In this document: one piece after another, positions 27,580 through 39,724 of the stretch | Layout of the letters: every line of letters begins with the position of its first letter | How positions within the stretch are numbered: position 1 is the first letter of the stretch | Source of the DNA: Eledone cirrhosa | Taxonomy: Eukaryota | DNA length: 64,000 nucleotides | Assembly: GCA_964016885.1 (NCBI GenBank) | Contig: OZ024758.1 | Coordinates: 32,178,001-32,242,000, forward strand | Direction: 5' to 3' | Made by a program: the position numbers and the translations under genes | Notes under the pieces: model-generated | Database searches by the model: none | Seen by the model: only the letters and a program-made list of their open reading frames with translations | What the model was told of the DNA's origin: nothing

Positions 27580-28558
27580 AGACGGTTCTATAGAAATAGT
27601 GGACACCTTCCGTTACCTGGGTGACAAAATCAGCAGTGGTGGAGGGTGCTCTGAAAGTACAGTAGCTAGAGTCAGAACTGGATGGAAAAAGTTCAACGAG
27701 CTTATACCGCTATTGGCCACAAAAGGTTTCATTCTAAAAATGAAAGGCAGACTGTATGATGCCTGTATACGAACAACAATGTTACATGGCAGTGAGAAGC
27801 TTGCATGCTCCGTTGGATGTGTAATAGTAGTATACGCGAACGGCAAAGCATAAGTGAACTAAGTGAGAAATTAGGAATAAGAGGGATCAGATGCTGTTTA
27901 CTTGAGAGAAGAGTATGTTGGTGTGGTCACGTGATGCGCATGAAAGACGACAGCTGTATAAAAAAGTGCAGGGCGATCAAAATAGATGGAAGCTACGGAG
28001 TAGGAAGACCAAGAAAAACCTGGGACGATTTAATAAATTCCGACCTTACACACTTACACCTCTCTAAGACAATGTCACTGGACCGAGATCTTTGGCGCCA
28101 CACAGTAATACAGAAGACCCACCTTGTCAATGTACAAAGTGAAACCTAGTCAGTAGGCACCTCTTAACCAAATATACACCCCAACCCACTAGCCCTACTC
28201 CATCCTCCCACTCCCACCAACACCACCCTTTCTCTGTAAAGTTGGTACCACAACATCCCATCCAAATTAATGAGATAATGAGATCGAGATCGTGTAGGTG
28301 TCACGACAAAAAAAACCACACAGTCCATGTAATGTGGTTGTGTAGGTAACACGGTAAAAAGTTCCCAGTCCTCACTGTAAACGTGGTTGGTGTTAGGAAG
28401 GGCATCCAGCTATAGAAAACCTGCCAGATAGTCCTATTCAAGCGAGACATGGTCACCTGACCAATCTTGCCTCAAATTGGGACAACTCCCGTCTAACCCA
28501 TGCTAGCGTGGAAGATAGACGTTAAACGATGATAATGATGATGATCATCATCATAATC
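27580..28558 (+). mobile_element. Degenerate RTE 3' fragment with UTR
   Basis: FRYLGD..GGGCSE motif, similar to 37260-38250. Confidence 0.85.
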
Positions 28559-28924
28559 ATTTTACGTCCACTTTCCCCTGCTTGCAAGGGTTGGACGGGT
28601 CCTATTCAGCACTGCATCTCTCCACTTGTCACGGTCCTTCGTCATCTCCTCGGTGAGTTTCAGGGATCTGAGGACTGCTCTCACCACCTCCGCCCATGTT
28701 ATACATGTATATATATATGAATATATAAGTATATATGTATATATATATATATATATGAATATATAAGTATATATGGATATATATATATATGAATATATAA
28801 GTATATATGTATATATATGAATATATCAGTATAACACTGGAAGGTAATATCCGTAGTGGTAGAGCACTCAGTCCATGGGACGAGTTAGGTAGAAGTGGTT
28901 ACACAACAGTTAGTTCACCATACA

Positions 28925-28960
28925 GAGAACAATTGTTTCACCTTAGCGGATCCTCAGCTC
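28925..28960 (-). ncRNA. Minimal hammerhead ribozyme
   Basis: gag-CTGAGGA-tcc(gctaa)ggt-GAAAC-aatt-GTT-ctc. Confidence 0.7.
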
Positions 28961-30315
28961 GTAATGGACATGGCTATACGAAACAGGAAGGACAACCGTA
29001 CGAACGCGCATGCGCAGAAAAGATCACTTCACTCAGGCAATACTAAATTGCGTGCAAGAGGTGTAAGGGAGATAACTGCGAAAGTCCGAAAGTTTCTAGT
29101 TGATAAGAAAATTATGATGTTGTTGTAATTCAATCCGGAGGTTTGTAGTTATGTAAGAGGTATTTCCAGACGTGTGGACAACGTGTGAAGAAGTCATTTC
29201 TTGAGTTTAGGCAATCGCTATTCCGTAATCTCTTTAGAATATTTATTCGTTCATCAAAACATAGTCTGCACGACGGATTACCCCTTGTGTATGGCTTGGA
29301 CTTAGTGATGGCTCTCCATTGAATGGAGTAGTCTATACTTGAGTCTTTGAGGGACCATACGTGGCTCGCGAGTTTCGTAGATGAACGTCTGTCCGGGTAC
29401 CTAAAGTTCGACTGGTGGTTCAGGAAGCGTTCCTTAAATTGGCCCTCCGCCATACCCACATAGGATTTCACCTCCTGTGGTTGATTTGGTCGGTTGGAAG
29501 TGACCACAGCTTCATAAACTACAGTGGGTATGTTGCATTGCTGTTGAAGGGGACAAGATTCGGGCTTACGGCAAGAGCACCCTAGTGGGGTGTTGCTCTT
29601 AGGGCTGTTGTTGATGTGGGCCTTCAGGTTCTTAGCTCAGGAGTATCCTAGTTTAACTTTGTGTCGGTTAAAGATGGAGTGGTATTTATGACCTATGGGA
29701 AAGTGTCTATCTAAGAGGGCTAGACATCTTTTGCCGACATTGGTTTTAACGTTGAGTGAGAAGGGAGGAGAGAACCAGATAGTTTGTCTCTTGTTACGCT
29801 TTCTTTTCTTATTGCTGTTGTTGTTAGTGGAAGAGTAAGTGATAGGTTTGCGAGAAGCCACTGTTAGCCAACGCCGTGTTATAGTAGGGTGTTGCTCTGT
29901 CAAAGATAGCCTTATTAGAGGAGACGTTTAAGATTCTAGTACTGATATTATTTACGAAGTTTCTAACAGTGGGAGGGTGGCATGAGTCCTTGTGAATGTA
30001 ATTGAGTTTTTCGTTAAGCTTATGGAAGGTGTGCGTGCGAAGGTCTAAATTAATGTCTAAGAAATCTACGCTAGAGAGGTTGGTAGCTACTGTTATCCTA
30101 AGTCCTAACTCATTGAAGGTAGAAGCTAAGTCTTTTTTAAACCGGTCGAGATCGTGACCACTTTTATAGCTCAATAAGGTCAGTCCATCGTCGCAGTATG
30201 TTCCTGTGTTATCTCCCTTACACCTGCCGCACGCAATTTAGTATTGTCTGAGTGAAGTGACTGTTTCTGCGATTTGTAAGGTTGTCCTTCCTGTTCCGTA
30301 TAACCATGTCCATTA

Positions 30316-30353
30316 CGAGCTGAGGATCCGTTAAGGTGAAACAATTGTTCTCG
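30316..30353 (+). ncRNA. Minimal hammerhead ribozyme, inverted-tail copy
   Basis: cgag-CTGAGGA-tcc(gttaa)ggt-GAAAC-aatt-GTT-ctcg. Confidence 0.72.
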
Positions 30354-30571
30354 GTATGGTGAACTGTTGTGTAACCACTTCTATATAAATATATATATAT
30401 CATTTCATTTTACGTCTGCTTTCTCCCTGCTTGCAAGGATGACACACACACACACACATACATATATACATACATATATATATATACATATATATATAAC
30501 GAAGGAAATGTGGTAAGGAACCAGAAGGACCATAATGCACCAAAGTACTCAATACTTAGGGTAGTAGAAAG

Positions 30572-30674
30572 AAGTATGACCCAGACGGCAGAGCTCAAGC
30601 CATTTCGACGGCTAATTCTGGACTACAGAATTAGTCGTCGAAACGGTTTGAGTTCTGTCGCCGGGGTCATACTT
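30572..30674. other. 49 bp imperfect hairpin
   Basis: aagtatgaccc...ctaattctg (gacta) cagaattag...gggtcatactt. Confidence 0.85.
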
Positions 30675-30698
30675 GTTCATATATATATATATATATAT

Positions 30699-31024
30699 AC
30701 ATTATGAAGAGAGAAGAAACATTTAGATATAATTAGTAATAAAATGTATCATACCTAAACTGTTCCTAAATTCCTCGACTACGTAGTTTCGTGGCATAAA
30801 CGGATTCTTGGGATTCTTTCTCACGTCGTGTAGACGCGTTCTTGAGACTAGTAAAATGAGGTATCCTCTTGATAAGTCGGCAGACCTCGCAAGGACTCTA
30901 TATCTTTGATATATTGTTTTTGTTTATGCCACGAAACTACGTAGTCGAGGAATTTAGGAACAGTTTAGGTATGATACATTTTATTACTAATTATATCTAA
31001 ATGTTTCTTCTCTCTTCATAATGT
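30699..31024. repeat. Fold-back unit with ~100 bp perfect inverted arms
   Basis: 30699-30801 is the reverse complement of 30923-31024. Confidence 0.9.
30864..30951 (+). ncRNA. Hammerhead ribozyme, U3:A8 variant
   Basis: tcctc-TTGATAA-gtcggca...tgccac-GAAAC-tacgta-GTC-gagga. Confidence 0.7.
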
Positions 31025-31185
31025 ATTTTTAACTCTGATACTGGTTCAGTCTGGTTCAAACTGAATTGGTCTGTCCCAGTCATTCATTGAGCAACATCGG
31101 TGAAGTTGGCACCCTTAACTCACAGTTGGGTGCGGATGCATTCATGTATATATGTGTGTGTCCGCATGTATCTGTGTGTTTCTAA

Positions 31186-31236
<51 letters not shown>

Positions 31237-31237
<1 letters not shown>

Positions 31238-31980
31238 TGGCCTAGTGGCCTTGCAATCGAAAGGTTGTGAGTTCAATTCTCAGACCGGGTGATGTGTTGT
31301 TTCCTTGAGCAAAACACTTTATTTCACATTGCTCCAGTTAACTCAGCTGTAGAAATGAGATGATAGGACTGGGGTCCCTATCATTCCACTGCAAAGTGGT
31401 CGTGGAGGTGCCACAGCAAAAAAGCACCCAAGATGCCCTTCCTAACACCAACCTCATTTACAGTGAGTGCTGAGTGCTTTTTTGCCGTGGCACCTCCACG
31501 GCCACTTTGCAGTGGAATGATAGGGACCCCAGTCCTATCATCTCATTTCTACAGCTGAGTAAACTGGAGCAATGTGAAATAAAGTGTCTTGCTCAAGGAA
31601 ACAACACATCACTTAGTCTGAGAATTGAGCTCATAACCTAACCTTTCGATTGCAAGGCCTATGCTCTAACCACTAAGCCATGCCCCCACACCCTCCCACT
31701 GCAAAGTGGTTGTGGAGGTGCCATGTCAAAAAAGCACCCAGCCCACACTATAAACTGGACGTGTAGGTGCCACGGAAAAAAAGCACCCATCACTCACTGT
31801 AAATGAGGTTGGTGTTAGGAAGGGCATCCAGCTGTAGAAATCAAGCCAGAATCAGTTCCCGTATGAGCAAGACAAGGTAGGCCGACCGGACACTGCCCCC
31901 AACAGGACAACCCGTCTAACCCATGCTAGCGTGGAAGAATAGACGTAAAACGGTGATGATTATGATAATGATGATGATGG
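31237..31980. mobile_element. Two CORE-SINEs in inverted orientation plus an RTE-type tail
   Basis: 31237-31430 (+) and ~31470-31685 (-) are reverse complements. 31694-31980 is an RTE 3' UTR with (TGA)n. Confidence 0.82.
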
Positions 31981-32296
31981 TATATATAAGCCATGTATAA
32001 GGGAGCAGTCAGATCTGCATATTATAATAATTAATCAAAAAAGTGAGATTACATTTATTGTATTCAGCCACGTAGAGCGGAATTTATTCTTTTTTTTATC
32101 TGAATATGTGGTTAAGCCAACCATTTATCGCTTGTTACAGGAAACTGACTGGCGAGTCTGCTGATATACCGATCTTGCAAATCTGGCTGATCAGTGGATC
32201 TGGTAATATGCAGCTCTGACTGATCAGCCAGTCTGCTAATATGCAAATCAAGCCATTTAGTCGGATTACTCAGGTTACATTTATTATATATAGATG

Positions 32297-32395
<99 letters not shown>

Positions 32396-32516
32396 GTATG
32401 TATAGATATATATATATGTATATATATGTATATATATATGTATATATATGTATATGTATGTATATATATATGTATATATATGTATATGTATGTATATATA
32501 TATATATATATATATA

Positions 32517-32944
32517 TTGGCCTTCCAAAATCACCGGGAGAGATGACCCCTTAGCCTTTGTCAAGGCAGAATTCTAGGAGAAGGAAAACTCTGATATAAC
32601 ACCTGCAACCCTGATGGTATCCAATGATGTTGACTTGTTCTTCTTTTTGGTAAATATCATCTTGGTTAAGAGAGTGGGACTGGCTTTGTGCAATGCCTTT
32701 GCTCACTATAAAAGCTTCACGGCACAGGCATTGCTTTATATCTGGAGATCTCTCTGCACTTGTCATCACATGGTACCATGGGCCCAGCACTGTGTGTCAA
32801 TAATTGTCACAGGTGTAGTGTTTGTACCAGAGTTTTCAAGTCGCTGGCTGGACTCAAAAGTCACACTCGTTCAGCGCATCGGTAGGGGTTCTCCTACATG
32901 GATATAAAGTAGTGGCCGTACTCGAAAACGAGTTGGCAGCCACC
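32517..32944. repeat. Inverted copy of the 7222-7650 repeat
   Basis: Direct comparison. Confidence 0.85.
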
Positions 32945-32959
32945 ATATATATATATATG

Positions 32960-33152
<193 letters not shown>

Positions 33153-33177
33153 ATATATATATATATATGTATGTATA

Positions 33178-33246
<69 letters not shown>

Positions 33247-33249
33247 GTG

Positions 33250-33320
<71 letters not shown>

Positions 33321-33500
33321 GTATATGTAAAAGATAAACAGAATAACAATTCAATTCAATACATTTGGCAGAAAATAATAATTAGATGCTTCAGATGCCA
33401 TTTAAGGAGAGGAGAGGGGCCACATTTACAGTTGGAAACACAGGGGTACAGTATATGGAAGGGATATATTAGGTTAATGCTTGATATAGCAGGAAGAGGG

Positions 33501-33536
33501 TCTTAACCTTTCGGACGCTGGTCCTTCATCAGAAGA
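33501..33536 (-). ncRNA. Minimal hammerhead motif
   Basis: tctt-CTGATGA-a-ggac(cagc)gtcc-GAAA-gg-TT-aaga. Confidence 0.6.
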
Positions 33537-33963
33537 AAGAATGAGAAATAAGATAGATTGAGAGGATGTGCAGGATGGAATTAGAAAAAATGTCTTTAGA
33601 TAAAAATAACAGGTCCATTCACGTTGACATCTATATATATATACATGTATACATATATATATGCATATATATGTATATTTATATATACATACATATATAC
33701 ATGTATCCATATATATATGCATATATATGTATATTTATATATACATACATACATGTATTTATATATCATCATCATTGTTTAACGTCCATTTTCCACGCTA
33801 GCATGGGTCTGGACGGGAATCGTCCCACTTGAGGCAAGATTGGTTGTCTTGCTCAGGACTGTCTGGCGGGTTTTCTACGGCTGGATGCCATTCCTAACAC
33901 CAACCACGTTTGTATATATATATATATTTATATATATATGTATATATATACATGTATATATAT

Positions 33964-33995
<32 letters not shown>

Positions 33996-34221
33996 ACAAG
34001 TATATATATATACATATATATGTGTATATATACATGTATATATACATGTATATGTGTATATATACATGTATATATATATATATATATATACATATATATA
34101 CAAGTATATATATATATACATGTATATATATATATATATATATATGCATGTATATATATATATATATATATATATGCATGTATATATATATACATGTATA
34201 TATATATACATATATATATAT

Positions 34222-34950
34222 AGAATGCTTAAGTATCGAGAGAGAGAAAAAAAGGAAAGATAAGCGATACATATATTTAGTTGCCGTTTGTGCAGATGTG
34301 CTCAATACTTGTGCCTTCAGGGTTAAATATTAGAAGCTTCTCCACACACTGGAATATTGTCGGTAGGGCTGCACCCTACAACTTCAAGAGGAAATGCCAG
34401 CTTTGCCTCATGGAGCTTTACTACATCATAAGAACACCCCACGAGCTCATAAACAGCCAAGCTGAATCAGTCATAAACTGTAAGCACTGAGTGCAGGCAT
34501 CGTACTTTGCCTGGGAAGCGACTGTGGCATGAAATCTATAAACGGGGTCCCCCTGCCCTAACCATAACATCCCGGTGGGTGAGCGGTGTAAACAAACATT
34601 TGTGAACCAAATGTACATCCCAGGCCATGCTCGAACAAGCATTAGTGAACCAGCACCCATAAAATAATAACAAAACACCATCATGTGAATGGGAAAAAAA
34701 CCAAGTGGGACAAGATTGTTTGAGCACCGGCCAGAGTTACTCCTCCTGCTCTGCGGTAATCACAGCACATGCACGTAAGTGAAGAATGAACTCTGATGTG
34801 AATTTAACCTTAAAACCCCTCCTGGGTCGCGTATTGATCATTTTTTTGTTTTCCTTGCCCTTGATAAGCCCATTCTGGGCGAAACGTACGTAGGTGCATT
34901 GTTATATAAACGTGTTTTAACGATTTTAAACTCCTTGTGTTCATTTCTTT
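34222..34950 (+). mobile_element. Penelope-like 3' fragment (GIY-YIG C-terminus plus tail)
   Basis: WNIV..APYN..KCQLCLME..LINSQAE...CKH matches the C-termini at 20237 and 29130. Confidence 0.75.
34856..34898 (+). ncRNA. Minimal hammerhead ribozyme, U3:A8 variant
   Basis: tgccc-TTGATAA-gccca(ttc)tgggc-GAAAC-gtac-GTA-ggtgca. Confidence 0.78.
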
Positions 34951-34976
34951 TATATATATGTATATATATATACATG

Positions 34977-35008
<32 letters not shown>

Positions 35009-35042
35009 CATGTATATATATATACATTGCACTCAGTGTTGA

Positions 35043-35249
35043 CATTGCACTCAGTGCTCCTTTGGGAGCCCCTACATGGACACACTAGAAGAGGAAGACC
35101 AAGGCTAACATATGTTGATGCCCTAAGGACAGACACTGGTCTGTTGGAGATGCAGGATATGGCAGCGATAATGAGGGACAGAGACCGCTGGAGAGAACTC
35201 GTCCATGGATCTCGGGAATTTTACCCGCCTTAGATAGATAGATAGATAT
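35043..35249 (+). mobile_element. Extreme 3' end of a different RTE-group LINE with (TAGA)n tail
   Basis: [27 protein letters not shown]. Confidence 0.75.
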
Positions 35250-35274
35250 ACATGTATATATATATATATACATG

Positions 35275-35342
<68 letters not shown>

Positions 35343-35344
35343 CA

Positions 35345-38248
35345 TGTCTGGAATTCTGTGACGCAAATAACCTAACTATCTGTAACACTAACTTCAAAAA
35401 ACGTGACAATCACCTGATCACCTACAGATCAGGGGAACATACCAGCCAGGTAGATTATATCCTTACCAGAAGACGTGACAGAGTGTCTGTTGTAAACACT
35501 AAATCCCTCCCCCATGAAGAATGCACCTCCCAACATAGACTGATAATTAGCGACCTCATAGTCAGGACGAGACGTACTCGACAGCAGAAGAGGACTATCC
35601 TCAGGAGAAAAATATGGAAGCTAAAGGACCCCACAGCCAGAAATAAATTTCAAAGCATATTACTTGATGCTTTTGACAGTAAGGAAGAGCATTTAGAGTC
35701 GGACAATATAGAGGGACAGTGGGAATTTCTGAAAGCAAACCTGCTGATGGTGACAGACGAAGTCTGTGGCTGGAGCAGGCCTGTAGGCAGGAGGAGAGTA
35801 ACATGGTGGTGGAACAGTAGGGTGGAGGGGTCAATTAAGGCCAAAAAGCAGGCTTGGAAAGTATGGCGGGATGGGGGAAGTAGAGAAGACTATCAAGTGG
35901 CTAGGAGGGAGGCTAGGAGACAAGTGTACTTCGCAAGAAGGGAAGCAGAGGTTCAAGTATGTTCTACAACGCGAGGACCAAAAACGTGAGGTGTTCAGGA
36001 TTGCTAAGCAATGTGTCAAGGAAAACCGTGATATTGTCAGGGAGAAGTGTGTACTTAATGATGACGGCATACTTGCCATCACCGACGCTGATAAGAAGGT
36101 AGCTTGGAAGTGCCACTATGAAAGGCTACTAAATGAGGAGAATAAATGGGAGAAAGACAGTCTCCCCCACATCGACCCAATAGAGGGACCAGCAGTGTTA
36201 GTCGAGGGTAGTATAATAAGTAAGGCAATCAAGGATATGAAGACGGGTAAGGCGGCTGGGCCTTCGGAAATAGTTGCTGAGATGCTGAAGGCATCTGGCT
36301 CGGTGGGACACACCTTGGTCACCCGGATAGTTAACCAAGTCGTACAGAATGGGGTTGTTCCGAAGGACTGGCATAGCAGCATCATCGTTAACTGTTATAA
36401 GGGTAAAGGAGATGCCCTAGATAAAAGTAACTATAGAGGCATTAAACTAATCGACCAGGTCATGAAGGTCACGGAAAAAGTAATAGCGCAACTAATCAGA
36501 GAGAGAATTGACCTAGATGAAATGCAGTTCGGGTTTGTGTCAGGCAAAAGTACCACAGACGCTCTTTTCATTGTACGTCACCTACAGGAGAAGTACCTAG
36601 CTAAAGGTAAACCCCTCTACTTAGCTTTTGTCGACTTCGAGAAAGCCTTCGACAGAGTCCCCCGTTCCATTATCTGGTGGGCCCTTAGAAAACTAGGTGT
36701 CGAAGAATGGCTTGTGAGAGCTATACAAGCCATGTATAAAGAAACAGTCAGCAAGGTTAGAATTAACAACGAATATAGTGAAGAGTTTAGCGTAAAAGTT
36801 GGCGTCCATCAGGGCTCTGTTCTCAGCCCCCTACTATTTATTATTGCCCTTCAGGCTATAACAGAGGAGTTCAAGACCGGCTGCCCATGGGAACTCCTAT
36901 ACGCAGACGACCTGACACTCATAGCTGAATCAATGGCCTAGCTAGAGAAGAAATTCCAAACATGGAAGCACGGCCTAGAATCAAAAGGCCTTAAAATTAA
37001 CCTGGCTAAGACTAAAGTTCTAGTTTGTAGGAAAGAAAATAAGGCGGCGGTCCCTTCCGGGAAGTGGCCATGCTCAGTGTGTAGGAAAGGCGTAGGTAGA
37101 AACTCCATTTTATGTCCCAAATGCAAAGTATGGGTGCATAAAAGATGTAGTGGGATCACAGGTAAGCTAACTAAGAACTTAGATTTTACATGTGGGCGGT
37201 GCTCTGGTGCAATAAGTAGCAGCAAGTGCCCACAAAATACTAACTCTTTCAATTGCACAGAGGGCTCTATAGAAATAGTGGACAGCTTCCGTTACCTGGG
37301 TGACAAAATCAGCAGTGGGGGAGGGTGCTCCGAAAGTACAGTAGCTAGAGTCAGAACTGGATGGAAAAAGTTCAGAGAGCTTATACCACTATTAGCCGCT
37401 AAAGGGTTCTCCCTAAAAATGAAAGGCAGGTTGTATGATGCCTGCATACGAACAGCAATGTTGCATGGCAGTGAGACCTGGGCATTGCGCGCAGAGGATA
37501 TACGCAGACTAGAGAGGAACGAAGCTTGCATGCTCCGCTGGATGTGTAATAGTAATATATGTGAACGGCAAAGCATAAACGAACTAAGGAAAAAATTAGA
37601 AATAAGAGGGATCAGATGTTGTTTACTCGAGAGAAGGCTACGTTGGTACGGACACGTGATGCGCATGAAAGTCGGTAGCTGTATAACAAAGTGCAGGGCA
37701 ATAAAGATAGACGGTAGCCACGGAATAGGCAGACCTAGAAAATCCTGGGACGAGCTGATAAACTCCGACCTCACACACTTACACCTCTCCAAGACAATGT
37801 CACTGGACCGAGACCTTTGGCGGTACTCAGTAATAGAGAAGACCCGCCTTACCTAAATACATAGTAAAACCTACTACAGCCAGTAGGCATCTCTAACAAA
37901 ATACACCCCCGTCCCATCACCCACACCCCATCCACACCACCCCCTCCTATGTAAAGTTATGTTGGTGCCACAACATCCAGGCCGAAACAAATGAGATCGT
38001 GTAGGTGTCACGACAAAAAAACACACAGTCCACGCTGTAATGTGGCCGTGTAGGCAACACGGTAAAAACCTCCCAGTCCCACACTGTAAATGTGGTTGGT
38101 GTTAGGAAGGGCATCCAACTGTAGAAAACCTGCCAGACAGTCCTATGCGAGCAAGACAATCACTCTTGCCTCAAGTGGGAATACCCCCGTCCAAACCCAT
38201 GCAAGCGTGGAACACGGACGTTAAACGTTGATGATGATGATGATGATG
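35345..38248 (+). mobile_element. RTE LINE, third subfamily, pseudogenised
   Basis: APE C-terminus plus RT. Frameshift at ~35950, TAG at 36939, then UTR and (TGA)n. Confidence 0.92.
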
Positions 38249-38260
38249 ATATATATATAT

Positions 38261-38310
<50 letters not shown>

Positions 38311-38382
38311 ATATATATACATGTATATATATATATACACATGTATATATACATGTATATATATATATATGTATATATATAC

Positions 38383-38413
<31 letters not shown>

Positions 38414-38768
38414 CACATGTAGTAATAATAATAAATTTGAAGACTAAAATCCCAAAAGGGCTCGATAAGGATAAATATATATCAAATATATAAGAACCGT
38501 AGAGCAAATATTTATTAAAATAACAGATTAAAGTTTAAGCAAGGAATCGTTGCTTTCACCCTTAACGGGATATTTTGAAACTAAAAAAATCAATCTGTGA
38601 AAGCAGAAGAAAATATTTCGAAAAACGTTGCAACCGAAGGAAAACAGGAATATGATACATTTATGTATATATATATACATGTGTATATATAGATATGTGT
38701 ATATATATATATATACACATGTATGTATATATATACACATGTATATATATGTACATATATGTATGTAT

Positions 38769-38799
<31 letters not shown>

Positions 38800-39069
38800 G
38801 ATATATATATATATACATGTATGTATATATATATATGTATATATACACAGTAAAAACGTCCCAGTTCCACACTGTAAATGTGGTTGGTGTTAGGAAGGGC
38901 ATCCAGCCGTAGAAAACCCGCCAGATAGTCCTATGCGAGCAAGACAACCACTCTTGCCTCAAGTGGGAAAACTCCCGTCCAAACCCATGCAAGCGTGGAA
39001 TATGGACGTTAAACGATGATGATGATGATGATGATGATATATATATATATATATACATGTATATATATA

Positions 39070-39605
39070 CATTTACAAGCTGAGGTACCCGATAATACAC
39101 GGGAGCGGGGGTATTCCCAGTCCCCATTAAAATGCCCAGTGCCTCTCAGACCAACAATGAAATCAAAATATAGGGCAGATAATGAAAAGTGAAGACAAAT
39201 CCATTTACGAAACAATAATACAAACAAATATTGTTGATTGCATTGGTCAGGTGAAAAAATGTTTGTCAGAGAAGTTGAGTGTTGATATAAGGAAAAAAAT
39301 AGAACCCTTCATTAGGGTGTCTTAATATTATTGAAATTTGCTGAAATTTTGTGAATAGACATCATATCTTGTCATTTACCTATGGTTTAAATTTTATATG
39401 AATCAAAGAGAAAACATTTTCAGCGGGGGTTTATACCCCCTGGGGAACCTTTTGATTAAAATGAAATATACTTATCGAAGTACCGTGGACAATGTAGTTT
39501 CAGAATATATATGGTTATGGGGGTCTATCTCCAAAACCATAGGAGGAGTTCATGAACAAACAAAGAAACAAACAAACAGACAGGAACTACAACTTTATAT
39601 ATATA
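39070..39605 (+). mobile_element. Possible non-autonomous Helitron/Helentron-like element
   Basis: 5' agctgaggtacccg..cacggg hairpin and 3' (acaa)n..acaactttatatata. Family assigned from resemblance only. Confidence 0.35.
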
Positions 39606-39623
39606 TATCTATATATATATATG

Positions 39624-39724
39624 CAGTTAAAATTCCGTTATATCGAATCCCATTATCACAAATTTTTCAGTATAACTAAATTTCTTTTACACCCGATGAA
39701 TTTCATTATAACGGAATTTCACTA
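39624..39724. mobile_element. Short MITE-like element
   Basis: cagttaaaattccgttata / tataacggaatttcacta inverted ends in a TA context. Confidence 0.5.

Larger units (their letters stand above)
28827..30383 (-). mobile_element. 5'-truncated Penelope-like element with inverted terminal tail
   Basis: YCDD, DFLD, WFSPPFS, CSC..CPL, VVY..YVG and CRLC..CPH over 30217-29130. 28880-29076 is inverted at 30208-30383. Confidence 0.9.

Noticed and set aside
34488-34490. TGA after CKH as selenocysteine
   Set aside because: Not a Cys position, and the fragment is degenerate.
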